This document shows positions 55,758 through 64,000 of a stretch of 64,000 bases of DNA, one piece after another. This DNA comes from an uncultured bacterium. Lineage in GTDB: Bacteria; Verrucomicrobiota; Verrucomicrobiia; Verrucomicrobiales; DEV007. The stretch lies in contig CAXBMO010000004.1 in NCBI GenBank assembly GCA_963977015.1, positions 256,001-320,000 on the forward strand, written 5' to 3'. Both the position numbers and the translations under genes were made by a program. The number at the start of each line of letters is the position of its first letter. Position 1 is the stretch's first letter. The notes beneath the pieces were generated by a model. That model worked only from the letters and a program-made list of their open reading frames with translations. It did not search any database and was not told the DNA's origin.

Positions 55758-57110
55758 TTAGTCGGGTTTATTCTCATTCGAGAGCTTTGTCACTGCGTTG
55801 CGAAAAACGTCTCCGCGCTCGCCATAACTCCCGAACATATCGAACGAAGACGTCCCCGGTGAAAACAGGATCGTCTGTTTAGGACGAGCGACTTGGAGCG
55901 ATTCTTCAACAGCGGCCGGCAGCGTCTCAACGATGGTGCAAGGCACTTGCTTGCCCCAGGTTTCGGCAATCCGGTCCGCCATTTGGCCAATCAAGATCAC
56001 TTGAGACACTTTTTCGGCCACCAAATCGGTAATTTCGCCAAAATCCAGACCTTTGTCTTTGCCACCCGCAATCAGAACAATGGGGTCAACCTGGCCACGG
56101 AGACTGCTCTCGAGGGCGTGCAGATTCGTCGCTTTCGAGTCATTGATGAACTCATGCCCATCGATTTCTCCGACGAGCTCGCAGCGATGTGCCGGCGGCT
56201 GATAACCCGACAGCGCCTTGACGATACTCTCCATTTCGACTTCGCCGACGTTGGTGGTCGCGGCAATCGCCGCCATCACGTTCTCCGCGTTGTGCGTTCC
56301 CCGCAGCTTCGTGGCGCTGAAATCGAAGATTCGCTTTCCTTCGTGGCAAATCCAGGATCCATCAAAGGTGTAGTCGGCCTCCGAATCGTAGGCGCTGAAG
56401 GTGAGGACCCGCGCCGCGATCTCCCCAATTTTTTCGCGATCTTCGTATTTGATGACGGCGAGGTCATTTTCGGTCTGAAAATCGAAAATCCGGCGCTTGG
56501 CTTGAAAATATTCCTCCACGTCGGCGTATCGATCGAGGTGATCCGGCGCGAAATTGAGCCAAATGCTGACCGTGGGACGGAAGGTCTCGATCGCCTCCAG
56601 CTGAAAACTGCTGACCTCGAGCGAGAAAATGTCATAGGCGGTTCCGTGAAGAACAGCCTCGCAGAATGGAACGCCGTAATTCCCCGTCGCCACGCACTTC
56701 ATGATCGTGTGATCGTAGATCTCATCGATCATCTCCGTCGTCGTCGTCTTGCCATTCGTTCCGGTAATCGCAATGACGGCCGAACTGCGCTGAACATGGC
56801 GAAATGCGAATTCCACCTCTCCAATAACGGAAATTCCCTTCGTCTTGAATTGGCGCACAATGGGTGAGGCCAAGTCAATTCCCGGACTCTGAACCACCAG
56901 ATCGACCGCCCCCGAATACGTCTCCGCTTCCGGTCCGAAGACGGCATCCACGCCCATTCTCTCGAATTTCTCTTTGGCGGGAGCGAGTTTCTGCGGATCC
57001 CCGCTGTCCAGCACAACCGGTTTCGCTCCGTCCTGAACGGCCAGCCGCGCCGCGGCAAAACCAGACAACCCAGCTCCGAGAATCGCGATGTTTTGGGGTG
57101 CAGCAGACAT
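55758..57110 (-). CDS. murD: UDP-MurNAc-Ala:D-Glu ligase
   Basis: Motifs GAGLSG, SPGI, TGTNGKTTT, EVSSFQL, DHLDRY, NDSKATN and GGKDKG. Confidence 0.97.
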   Translation of the reverse strand: MSAAPQNIAILGAGLSGFAAARLAVQDGAKPVVLDSGDPQKLAPAKEKFERMGVDAVFGPEAETYSGAVDLVVQSPGIDLASPIVRQFKTKGISVIGEVEFAFRHVQRSSAVIAITGTNGKTTTTEMIDEIYDHTIMKCVATGNYGVPFCEAVLHGTAYDIFSLEVSSFQLEAIETFRPTVSIWLNFAPDHLDRYADVEEYFQAKRRIFDFQTENDLAVIKYEDREKIGEIAARVLTFSAYDSEADYTFDGSWICHEGKRIFDFSATKLRGTHNAENVMAAIAATTNVGEVEMESIVKALSGYQPPAHRCELVGEIDGHEFINDSKATNLHALESSLRGQVDPIVLIAGGKDKGLDFGEITDLVAEKVSQVILIGQMADRIAETWGKQVPCTIVETLPAAVEESLQVARPKQTILFSPGTSSFDMFGSYGERGDVFRNAVTKLSNENKPD

Positions 57111-57115
57111 GATAA

Positions 57116-58255
57116 TCAGCGGATTTTCAGCGTGGCCAATCCCGCCAGGGCCAACATGATCGCCACAATCCAGAAACGCGTGATGACCTTGGTTTCCTTC
57201 CAGCCCATCAGCTCAAAGTGATGGTGGATCGGCGCCATTTTGAAAATTCGTTTTCCGCGAAGCTTAAAGCTCCCGACCTGCAGAATCACGCTGAGCGCCT
57301 CGATCACGAAGACGCCACCGACAACGACCAGCATCAATTCCTGGCGGCAGCAAACCGCAACCGTTCCGAGCAGACCACCAAGGGAAAGCGATCCCGTGTC
57401 TCCCATGAAAACGCGGGCCGGATAACAGTTGAACCAGAGAAACCCCAGTCCCGCTCCGACCATGGCGGTGCAGAAAACGGAGACTTCGCCGGCCCCTTTG
57501 TGGAACGGCAGGTTCAAGTAGCTGCTGAATTGGCTGTGACCAGCAACGTAGGAGAAAATTGCGAACGTCATTGCCGCGACGATGATGCAGCCGATGGCAA
57601 GACCATCCAGACCATCGGTGAGGTTGACGGCGTTGGAACTCCCCAGGATCACCGCCACCGTGAGGGCGACAAAAATCCCGACCAGGACCATGTTCTCGAT
57701 CTGAAACGGGTTCGTGAATCCCGGAACCACGAAATTGCGGATGTAGTCCTTCGTTTCCGGATGAAAATAGAGAAAGGCGCCCGCCGCGGTGGCCGAGAAG
57801 AACTGGAAAAACAACTTAAACCTCGCACTGACACCCGCTGAACTCTTCTTGGTGACTTTCGCGTAGTCGTCGCGGAACCCCAGATAACCGTGGGTGAGCA
57901 GCACAAAAATCAACACCATGATGAACGGATTATCCAGCCGCGCCCAGAGCAACGTGGAAGCCAGAATCGTTCCCAAAATCATGACACCGCCCATGGTTGG
58001 TGTTCCACCTTTTCCTTCGTGCAGTTCGTAGAGCGCATGCACTTCCTCGGCGGTCCGAATCGGTTGGCCGACTTTCAGCGAAACCAACTTGCGAATCACG
58101 GCCGGTCCGATCATCAGCGTCAGGAGGAACGCGGTAACGCAGGCACCACCGGCGCGTGCGGTGCCGAAGGTGAACACCCGGAACGGGCTGAGAAAACTGT
58201 AGTTCTCATTCGTCTCGGCGAGCTGAGTGAGATACTCTGATAAGTAGTAGAGCAT
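57116..58255 (-). CDS. mraY: phospho-N-acetylmuramoyl-pentapeptide transferase
   Basis: Motifs KGGTPTMGG, DDY, NAVNLTDGLDGLA, FMGDTGSL and MAPIHHHFE. Confidence 0.98.
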   Translation of the reverse strand: MLYYLSEYLTQLAETNENYSFLSPFRVFTFGTARAGGACVTAFLLTLMIGPAVIRKLVSLKVGQPIRTAEEVHALYELHEGKGGTPTMGGVMILGTILASTLLWARLDNPFIMVLIFVLLTHGYLGFRDDYAKVTKKSSAGVSARFKLFFQFFSATAAGAFLYFHPETKDYIRNFVVPGFTNPFQIENMVLVGIFVALTVAVILGSSNAVNLTDGLDGLAIGCIIVAAMTFAIFSYVAGHSQFSSYLNLPFHKGAGEVSVFCTAMVGAGLGFLWFNCYPARVFMGDTGSLSLGGLLGTVAVCCRQELMLVVVGGVFVIEALSVILQVGSFKLRGKRIFKMAPIHHHFELMGWKETKVITRFWIVAIMLALAGLATLKIR

Positions 58256-59628
58256 TAATCTGTGGCTTGGTCTGTGAGATGGGCAAGAACCCGTTCCATT
58301 TGGGCCGACCGGCTACCTTTCAGCAGCACCAAATCGGTCGAGCCTAAGTTTGTGCGCAAATATTCTGCAATCGATGGGTGGTCATCGAAAACGTGGCATT
58401 CAGCACCTTCACCAGCACCTTCAGCCATACGACGGCCTTCCTCGCCAATTCCTAGCAGAATGTCAATCTTGTTCTCGGCAACAGCGTTGCCCAAGGCAAC
58501 ATGCTCGGCATCGGCATGCTCGCCTAACTCGGCCATCAATCCTAACACCGCAACACGTTTCCCTTCAACCGGGAGGTCGCGAAGCGTCCGAAGCGCGGCC
58601 CGCATCGAGTCAGGATTCGCATTGTAGGAATCGTCAAGAACCGTGATCTCCCCAACCGCCTTGAGTTGGAGTCGCCCGCCGGTCAGTTCTGCATTGCTCA
58701 ACCCCGCCGCGACTTCTTCCAGCGTCATTCCAAGATGAAGGCCGGTTGCCGCAGCCAACGTGGCGTTGCGGACCATGTGCTCGGCAGAGACGGAAAGCTG
58801 GGTGACGACGCTCTTTCCCTCGAAATGAAGTTCGAATCGGCAGCCCTCGAATCCGATCTCCAGATTCGTGGCCGAGACATCGCCGCAATTCACACCACCG
58901 GTCAAAATCCGGGCCTTGGTGCGTTCGCGCATCGAAGGGGTAAAGTCATCGTGCGCGGAAAGTACAACACAGCCGTCATCCGGCACCGCCTCCGCCAACA
59001 TTCCTTTTTCCAACGCGATCGCTTCGCGGGTTTTCATGAATTCCAAATGCGCCGTACCGACGTTGGTGATGATGCCGACGTTGGGAGCGGCGATCTCGGC
59101 GAGAACTTCAATCTCCCCCGGATGATTCATCCCCATCTCGAAAACGCCCAGATTGTGCTCTGCATTCGTCTCCAGAATCGTCAGGGGCAGGCCGATGTGA
59201 TTGTTGAGGTTTCCCTTCGTCGCGCTGACCTGAAATTTCTGGCCGAGAACGAACCGCGTCAGATCCTTGGTCGAAGTCTTCCCGCTGCTGCCCGTAATTC
59301 CCACGACCGGAATTTCCAGCGATCGCCGATAGTTCGCCGCCAGTTGCTGAAGCCCGGTCAGGGTGTTGCGAACGCGAATGAGAGCAACGCCGGTGCCTTC
59401 CGTCGAGGCGGGAAGATCGTGGATGAAAAGCGCGGCGGCTCCTTTTCCAATCGCCTGATCCAGATGATCATGCGCGTCAAAATTATCGCCCTTCAGCGCG
59501 ACGAAAAACTCGCCGCCTTCCATCTTGCGCGTGTCGGTCGAGACTACCGAAACCTCCTCCGCGGGAACGCCTTGCAGCAGCTCGCCGTTGGTCCAGGTTG
59601 CGATGGTTTGGAGGTTCGTGGGTTTCAT
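58255..59628 (-). CDS. murF: UDP-MurNAc-tripeptide:D-Ala-D-Ala ligase
   Basis: Motifs TGSSGKTSTK, NNHIGLP, EMGMNHPGEI, DSYNANP and KGSR. Confidence 0.97.
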   Translation of the reverse strand: MKPTNLQTIATWTNGELLQGVPAEEVSVVSTDTRKMEGGEFFVALKGDNFDAHDHLDQAIGKGAAALFIHDLPASTEGTGVALIRVRNTLTGLQQLAANYRRSLEIPVVGITGSSGKTSTKDLTRFVLGQKFQVSATKGNLNNHIGLPLTILETNAEHNLGVFEMGMNHPGEIEVLAEIAAPNVGIITNVGTAHLEFMKTREAIALEKGMLAEAVPDDGCVVLSAHDDFTPSMRERTKARILTGGVNCGDVSATNLEIGFEGCRFELHFEGKSVVTQLSVSAEHMVRNATLAAATGLHLGMTLEEVAAGLSNAELTGGRLQLKAVGEITVLDDSYNANPDSMRAALRTLRDLPVEGKRVAVLGLMAELGEHADAEHVALGNAVAENKIDILLGIGEEGRRMAEGAGEGAECHVFDDHPSIAEYLRTNLGSTDLVLLKGSRSAQMERVLAHLTDQATD

Positions 59629-61109
59629 CGTTGGTTCCTCAAATCGTTGATCGCGTGTTGAGCGACGAGCCGGTCGTCAAAATCGATTCGGCCATCGGCG
59701 AGCTCCTGATAATTCTCATGCCCCTTGCCGGCGATGAGGACGATATCCTTCTCTCCCGCGTCCATAATCGCTTCCCGGATCGCGGTTTCGCGATCTTCAA
59801 TGATGGCGAACTCCACTCCGGCGAGTCCCTTCTTGGCGTCTTCCAAAATCTGTTGGGGATCCTCCGTCCGCGGATTGTCGCTTGTCAGCAGCACGGCGTC
59901 GCTTCCCACCGAGGCGGCCCGGGCCATGAGCGGCCGTTTGTCGCGATCCCGGTCTCCGCCACAGCCAAAGACGGTGATCAAACGCTTCGGCTTGAGTTCG
60001 CGAAGCGTTGCGCAGGCCTTTTCGAGCGCGTCCGGGGTGTGGGCGTAATCGACAAACACGCGAAACGGCATCCCACTGTCCACCGACTCCATTCTTCCCG
60101 GAACCTGGGGGCCGTCGGCCAAATGCTGAATCGCCTCCCGCAAGTTCAGGCCCATCGCCGTCGCCGTCGCCAATGCCGCGATCGAGTTGTAAACGTTGAA
60201 CGCGCCAATCATTGGCGAGCGAACCATAAACTGACGCTTTTTGGCCTCCAGGGTGAAACTGGTTCCCTCAAACTGGCTGTTGAGGTTAATCGCGCGAAAG
60301 TCGCGCCCCACGCCCATCCCAAAGCTGAGTTTGCGAACGTTGGGATAGTTTTGGCGCAGCAATCTCTGGCCCCAATTGTCATCGCCATTCACGACCATGC
60401 TCCGCTGCTTGTCGCCAGATTGATCCTCCAGATGCTGGAACAAAATCCGCTTCGCCTCGTAGTAATCCTGCATCGAACCATGAAAATCCAGGTGGTCCTG
60501 GCTCAGATTCGTGAACACAGCGACATCAAATTCAACGCCGGCCACGCGATGTTGTTGCAACCCGTGGGAGGACACTTCCATCACTCCGGCCCGACAACCA
60601 AATTCGCGCATTTCCGCGAGGAGTTGATGAACTTCCGAACTTTCCGGAGTGGTGCGGGAAGCTTCCACCGTACGACCACCGGTGTCGTAACGAACCGTCC
60701 CGATCAATCCGCACTGCCGCTGCGCCGCATTGCAGAGGTGCTGCACGAGAAACGCGGTCGTGGTTTTGCCGTTGGTGCCGGTGATTCCGGCGAGTTTGAG
60801 ATCTCGCGATGGTTGATTGAGGATCTGAGCGGCAATCGGCCCCAACGCGGCGCGGGAATCGGCAACCCGAATCCAGCCCACGTCCAGATTTACACTCTGT
60901 GGCGCCTCTTCCGCCACAATCGCGACCGCCCCCTGTTCAATCGCCTTCTCGACAAACCGGTGGCCATCCGCAACCTCGCCTCGCATCGCCACAAAAATGT
61001 CCCCCGGTTCAACTTTTCGGGAGTCGTATTGAACCGCGCGCACCTCGCTATCGAGCTTGCCCCAGGTTTCTTTGGCTGAGATGCCAGTGATAAGATCATT
61101 CAATTCCAT
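59625..61109 (-). CDS. murE: UDP-MurNAc-dipeptide:meso-DAP ligase
   Basis: Motifs TGTNGKTT, TTPES, MEVSSH, DHLDFH, DYAHTPD, DNPR (DAP specificity) and GKGHE. Confidence 0.97.
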   Translation of the reverse strand: MELNDLITGISAKETWGKLDSEVRAVQYDSRKVEPGDIFVAMRGEVADGHRFVEKAIEQGAVAIVAEEAPQSVNLDVGWIRVADSRAALGPIAAQILNQPSRDLKLAGITGTNGKTTTAFLVQHLCNAAQRQCGLIGTVRYDTGGRTVEASRTTPESSEVHQLLAEMREFGCRAGVMEVSSHGLQQHRVAGVEFDVAVFTNLSQDHLDFHGSMQDYYEAKRILFQHLEDQSGDKQRSMVVNGDDNWGQRLLRQNYPNVRKLSFGMGVGRDFRAINLNSQFEGTSFTLEAKKRQFMVRSPMIGAFNVYNSIAALATATAMGLNLREAIQHLADGPQVPGRMESVDSGMPFRVFVDYAHTPDALEKACATLRELKPKRLITVFGCGGDRDRDKRPLMARAASVGSDAVLLTSDNPRTEDPQQILEDAKKGLAGVEFAIIEDRETAIREAIMDAGEKDIVLIAGKGHENYQELADGRIDFDDRLVAQHAINDLRNQR

Positions 61110-62983
61110 GTACGTGCGAAGCTGTGTAGAGACGTGTTAGGCCGCAAGTTGAGATACGCAACGGCTTGCTGGGCCATTTCAGCAAAAATTGGTGCGGCAA
61201 TCGTTCCACCGGAAACCGGGCCGGTTCGCCCGTCGGGATCATCAACGACCACAATTCCCATCAATTCCGGATTTTCCGCAGGCAAAAACCCCATGAACGA
61301 AACGATATAGTGGCCTTCCAGGTACGATTTTTGGGCTTCGGAGTGCTTCCGAGCCGTTCCCGTCTTTCCCGCGACCGTAAATCCCGGGACTTGAGCGAGC
61401 TCCGCGGTTCCGCCGGGTTGCGTCACCGCGACCAACGTTGAAGTCAGCATTTTTGCGGTCCGCGAGCTCAACGATCGACTCCGCACCATCCGCACGGTGG
61501 GAGTTTCGCCGACCGAACCGACGACGCGGGGCCGCAGCAACTCGCCTCCATTCGCGATGACGCCAAGCGCGTTGAGCATCTGCAGCGGGGTGATGGAAAC
61601 TTCGTAGCCGATCGCCATCCGGCTGAAACTGGTCACGCTCCATTGGTCGGGATGCTTGATCATTCCCCCGGCTTCTCCGGTGAGATGGAGCCGCGTTTTG
61701 CGATTGAACCCAAAATCATTGACCGCATCGTAAAAGCGACGTTTCCCGAGCAATTGAGCGACCTTGTAAGCGCCCACGTTGCTGGATTTCGCCATGACAT
61801 CCCGAACCGTAAGCTGGTGGTGAGAGTGGGAGTCGGTCAGCACATAGCCGTGTTCCTCCAATTGGCCGTTGTGGCAAAACATGATGCTCTCGGGCGAAAC
61901 CAGACCGAGTTCCATCGCACCACCCAACGCCACGATTTTGAATGTCGATCCCGGTTCGTAGAGATCCTGGATCGCGAAATTTCGGCGATTTCCCTCTCGG
62001 GTCGAGAGGTCGAAGTGCGGGCGATTGGCCAGCGCCAGAATCTCGCCGGTTTGTGGATTCATCCAAATTGCACAGATTTTCTCCGGGCGATAGCGGCGCA
62101 CGGCAGTCTCCAGACTCTGCTCGACCAATTCCTGAAACCCCAGATCGATGGTGAGCTGCACATCGCGGCCATCTTTCGCCACGGTTTCCTCGGTTCGGTA
62201 GGCGGTGATTTCGCGACCTCGACTGTCACGCTTGACCCGGCGCTCCCCATCCGTGCCGCGGAGAATGTCGTCCAGTTTCCCTTCGATCCCTTCTTTCCCG
62301 ATATTTTGCCCGTCGACGAATCCCAGAACGTGGGTGAGCCGATTGTGGCTTGGATAAAATCTCCGGATTTCCCGGCGAAAACCGAGACCGCCCAATTCCT
62401 GCTCTTTGAACTGCTGATTCAGCTGTTGATAGACGTCTTCCTCGAGGTTCTTCGCCAGATCGACGACGGAACGCGCCGGCTCCTGCAATTGGCGATCGAG
62501 ATCGGCGCGAGACAAGCCCAACGCCTCGTGAAGCACGTTGGAAAGGTGAAAGCGATAGCGTCGCAAGAGCAACGGCCGCGTGTATTTCGCCCGGATTTCG
62601 TCGGTGGAAAGCTTCTCGGCCGCGGCCAGCCCGCGAATCGCAATCTGGTGATCGCGCAAGTGGTAGGCGTCGGCAAACAGGGTGTAGACCGTCTGGTTGC
62701 AGGCAAGCAGCTCGCCGTTTCGATCGTAAATCGCGCCGCGACGAGCGGGAACCGTCTCCGAGCTGGTGTGGATTCGAATCGCCCTGTCGGCCAGCTCATC
62801 GTGCCGAAAAACTTGGAGTTGAATGAGTCGAAGCGCCAACAACCCGAACAAGGCGAGGACCGCAGTCGTCGCCCATTGCATCCGCTGGTGCTGCGCATTT
62901 CGCGATTCCGATCGCAAAACCGGCGAAACGTCTCCCCTTCCCTTCACGCCAAGCTCTGCGTTCTCGTCCGCGCTCCTCATCAC
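61100..62983 (-). CDS. ftsI: class B penicillin-binding protein (FtsI-like)
   Basis: RGAIYDRNG, RFYP, GIE, and catalytic STFK, SSN and KTGT. Occupies the ftsI position in the dcw cluster. Confidence 0.9.
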   Translation of the reverse strand: MMRSADENAELGVKGRGDVSPVLRSESRNAQHQRMQWATTAVLALFGLLALRLIQLQVFRHDELADRAIRIHTSSETVPARRGAIYDRNGELLACNQTVYTLFADAYHLRDHQIAIRGLAAAEKLSTDEIRAKYTRPLLLRRYRFHLSNVLHEALGLSRADLDRQLQEPARSVVDLAKNLEEDVYQQLNQQFKEQELGGLGFRREIRRFYPSHNRLTHVLGFVDGQNIGKEGIEGKLDDILRGTDGERRVKRDSRGREITAYRTEETVAKDGRDVQLTIDLGFQELVEQSLETAVRRYRPEKICAIWMNPQTGEILALANRPHFDLSTREGNRRNFAIQDLYEPGSTFKIVALGGAMELGLVSPESIMFCHNGQLEEHGYVLTDSHSHHQLTVRDVMAKSSNVGAYKVAQLLGKRRFYDAVNDFGFNRKTRLHLTGEAGGMIKHPDQWSVTSFSRMAIGYEVSITPLQMLNALGVIANGGELLRPRVVGSVGETPTVRMVRSRSLSSRTAKMLTSTLVAVTQPGGTAELAQVPGFTVAGKTGTARKHSEAQKSYLEGHYIVSFMGFLPAENPELMGIVVVDDPDGRTGPVSGGTIAAPIFAEMAQQAVAYLNLRPNTSLHSFARTWN

Positions 62984-63330
62984 TTGCCAATCACCAAAAC
63001 CTTGGCTGGATCAATCGGGATCAACCCTGAATTCGGATCGAGACCGGCCTCCAGGCTTTCCCGGGTCATCAACCGCGCAATCCGCACTTCATAAAGCTCA
63101 ATCTCAGCATCCAACTGGCTGATTTTCTCCTCCCAATCGCGAATCTCATTCCCTTTCTGAACGTGGAGATTGCGAAGATAAACGTAGCTTGTCGCCAGCA
63201 ATCCGATAACGGCGGCAAGACCCAACCAGGCAACCAGCTTTGACGTGCCAATCCCGGTCTGCCTCTCGGGAGGCGGGAGCGATTCATCCCGAAAATCGAG
63301 AACGACGTCTCCTGCCTCAAGATCCGTCAT
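62980..63330 (-). CDS. ftsL: FtsL-like cell division protein
   Basis: Short cytoplasmic tail, one TM and a coiled coil. It lies between rsmH and ftsI with 4-bp overlaps on both sides. Confidence 0.7.
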   Translation of the reverse strand: MTDLEAGDVVLDFRDESLPPPERQTGIGTSKLVAWLGLAAVIGLLATSYVYLRNLHVQKGNEIRDWEEKISQLDAEIELYEVRIARLMTRESLEAGLDPNSGLIPIDPAKVLVIGK

Positions 63331-64000
63331 GCCTCGACCTCCTGGCGCTCGGCAACGCGGAGTTTTGCGCTCCGCGCGCGCGGATTGCGTTCGATTTCCT
63401 TGGGCGTTGCGACAATCGGTTTTTTCGTCACCAGCTTGTAGGCCAATTCCGGATTCGGCTTGGGCGCCGGCCATTCCGGGCGATCGATCTCCTTCTGACT
63501 GCGACGCTTGAAATACTGTTTCACGATCCGGTCTTCGAGCGAGTGGAAGGTAATCACCGCCAGCCGTCCTCCGGGTTTGAGCCATTGCGTCGCGGAATCC
63601 AGGCCCCGCTGCAGATTCTCCAATTCACCATTCACCTCAATGCGGAGCGCCTGAAACACCTTCGTCGCCGGATGCTGGCGACCACTGCGCGGACGCACTT
63701 TCTCAATGAGCTCCGCGAGTTGGCTGGTTCGCACAATGGGCGACGAATTGCGATGCTTCACGATGGCGCGGGCGATTCTGGCGGCGGCGCGTTCTTCGCC
63801 ATAATCGCGAAAGATGCGTTTCAGCTCGTCCTCGCTCTCCTCGTTGACGATGTCCGCAGCTGAACGTGGCCAGTCCGGATCCATCCGCATATCGAGCGGG
63901 CCATCACTTTGAAAGGAAAAGCCGCGTTTCGGCTCATCAATCTGATGCGAGGAAATTCCGAGATCGAGCAACACACCGTCCACCTTCTTAATTCCGACAT
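63327..64000 (-). CDS. rsmH: 16S rRNA m4C1402 methyltransferase RsmH (partial, 5' end outside the window)
   Basis: Motifs [37 protein letters not shown] and [10 protein letters not shown]. The frame is open to the window edge. Confidence 0.97.
   Translation of the reverse strand, partial: VGIKKVDGVLLDLGISSHQIDEPKRGFSFQSDGPLDMRMDPDWPRSAADIVNEESEDELKRIFRDYGEERAAARIARAIVKHRNSSPIVRTSQLAELIEKVRPRSGRQHPATKVFQALRIEVNGELENLQRGLDSATQWLKPGGRLAVITFHSLEDRIVKQYFKRRSQKEIDRPEWPAPKPNPELAYKLVTKKPIVATPKEIERNPRARSAKLRVAERQEVEA

Noticed and set aside
17959-63094. Long antisense ORFs (17959..19326, 22100..23413, 33317..34504, 36680..38233, 45407..46315, 59598..61079, 61643..63094)
   Set aside because: Each mirrors a well-supported gene on the other strand and has no recognisable motifs. 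Such ORFs are expected in GC-rich, codon-biased DNA.

Overview
The window is GC-rich, gene-dense bacterial chromosome. The gene content points to the PVC superphylum, most likely Verrucomicrobiota (inference from the PVC-type CxxCH/HEAT protein, DUF1080, PQQ-like propellers, Uma2, and murD followed by a LysM gene). It is mostly housekeeping and envelope genes: DUF1015 (partial), recJ, an RNase H-like exonuclease, two Tat-exported amidases, a 3D-domain protein, a STAS/PP2C-grpE-dnaJ-rsmE run, sppA, nnr, tgt-yajC-secDF-hslO, glgX, and part of the dcw cluster (rsmH partial, ftsL-like, ftsI, murE, murF, mraY, murD, LysM). I found no rRNA, tRNA, CRISPR array, integrase or transposase. The most interesting items are: (1) a compact five-gene operon (membrane protein, DCC1 thiol-disulfide protein, membrane protein, DUF2071, desaturase with an aberrant second His box) behind a palindromic operator; (2) a structured ~80-nt candidate ncRNA between convergent recJ and the exonuclease gene; (3) a receiver-pseudokinase-TM-FGE-fold signalling protein with a Met/Gly-rich insert; (4) an inverse autotransporter with a beta-helix passenger; (5) a solitary, AT-richer Schlafen/AlbA_2-ATPase-HTH gene. 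All calls come from motif recognition by eye. No database searches were run.
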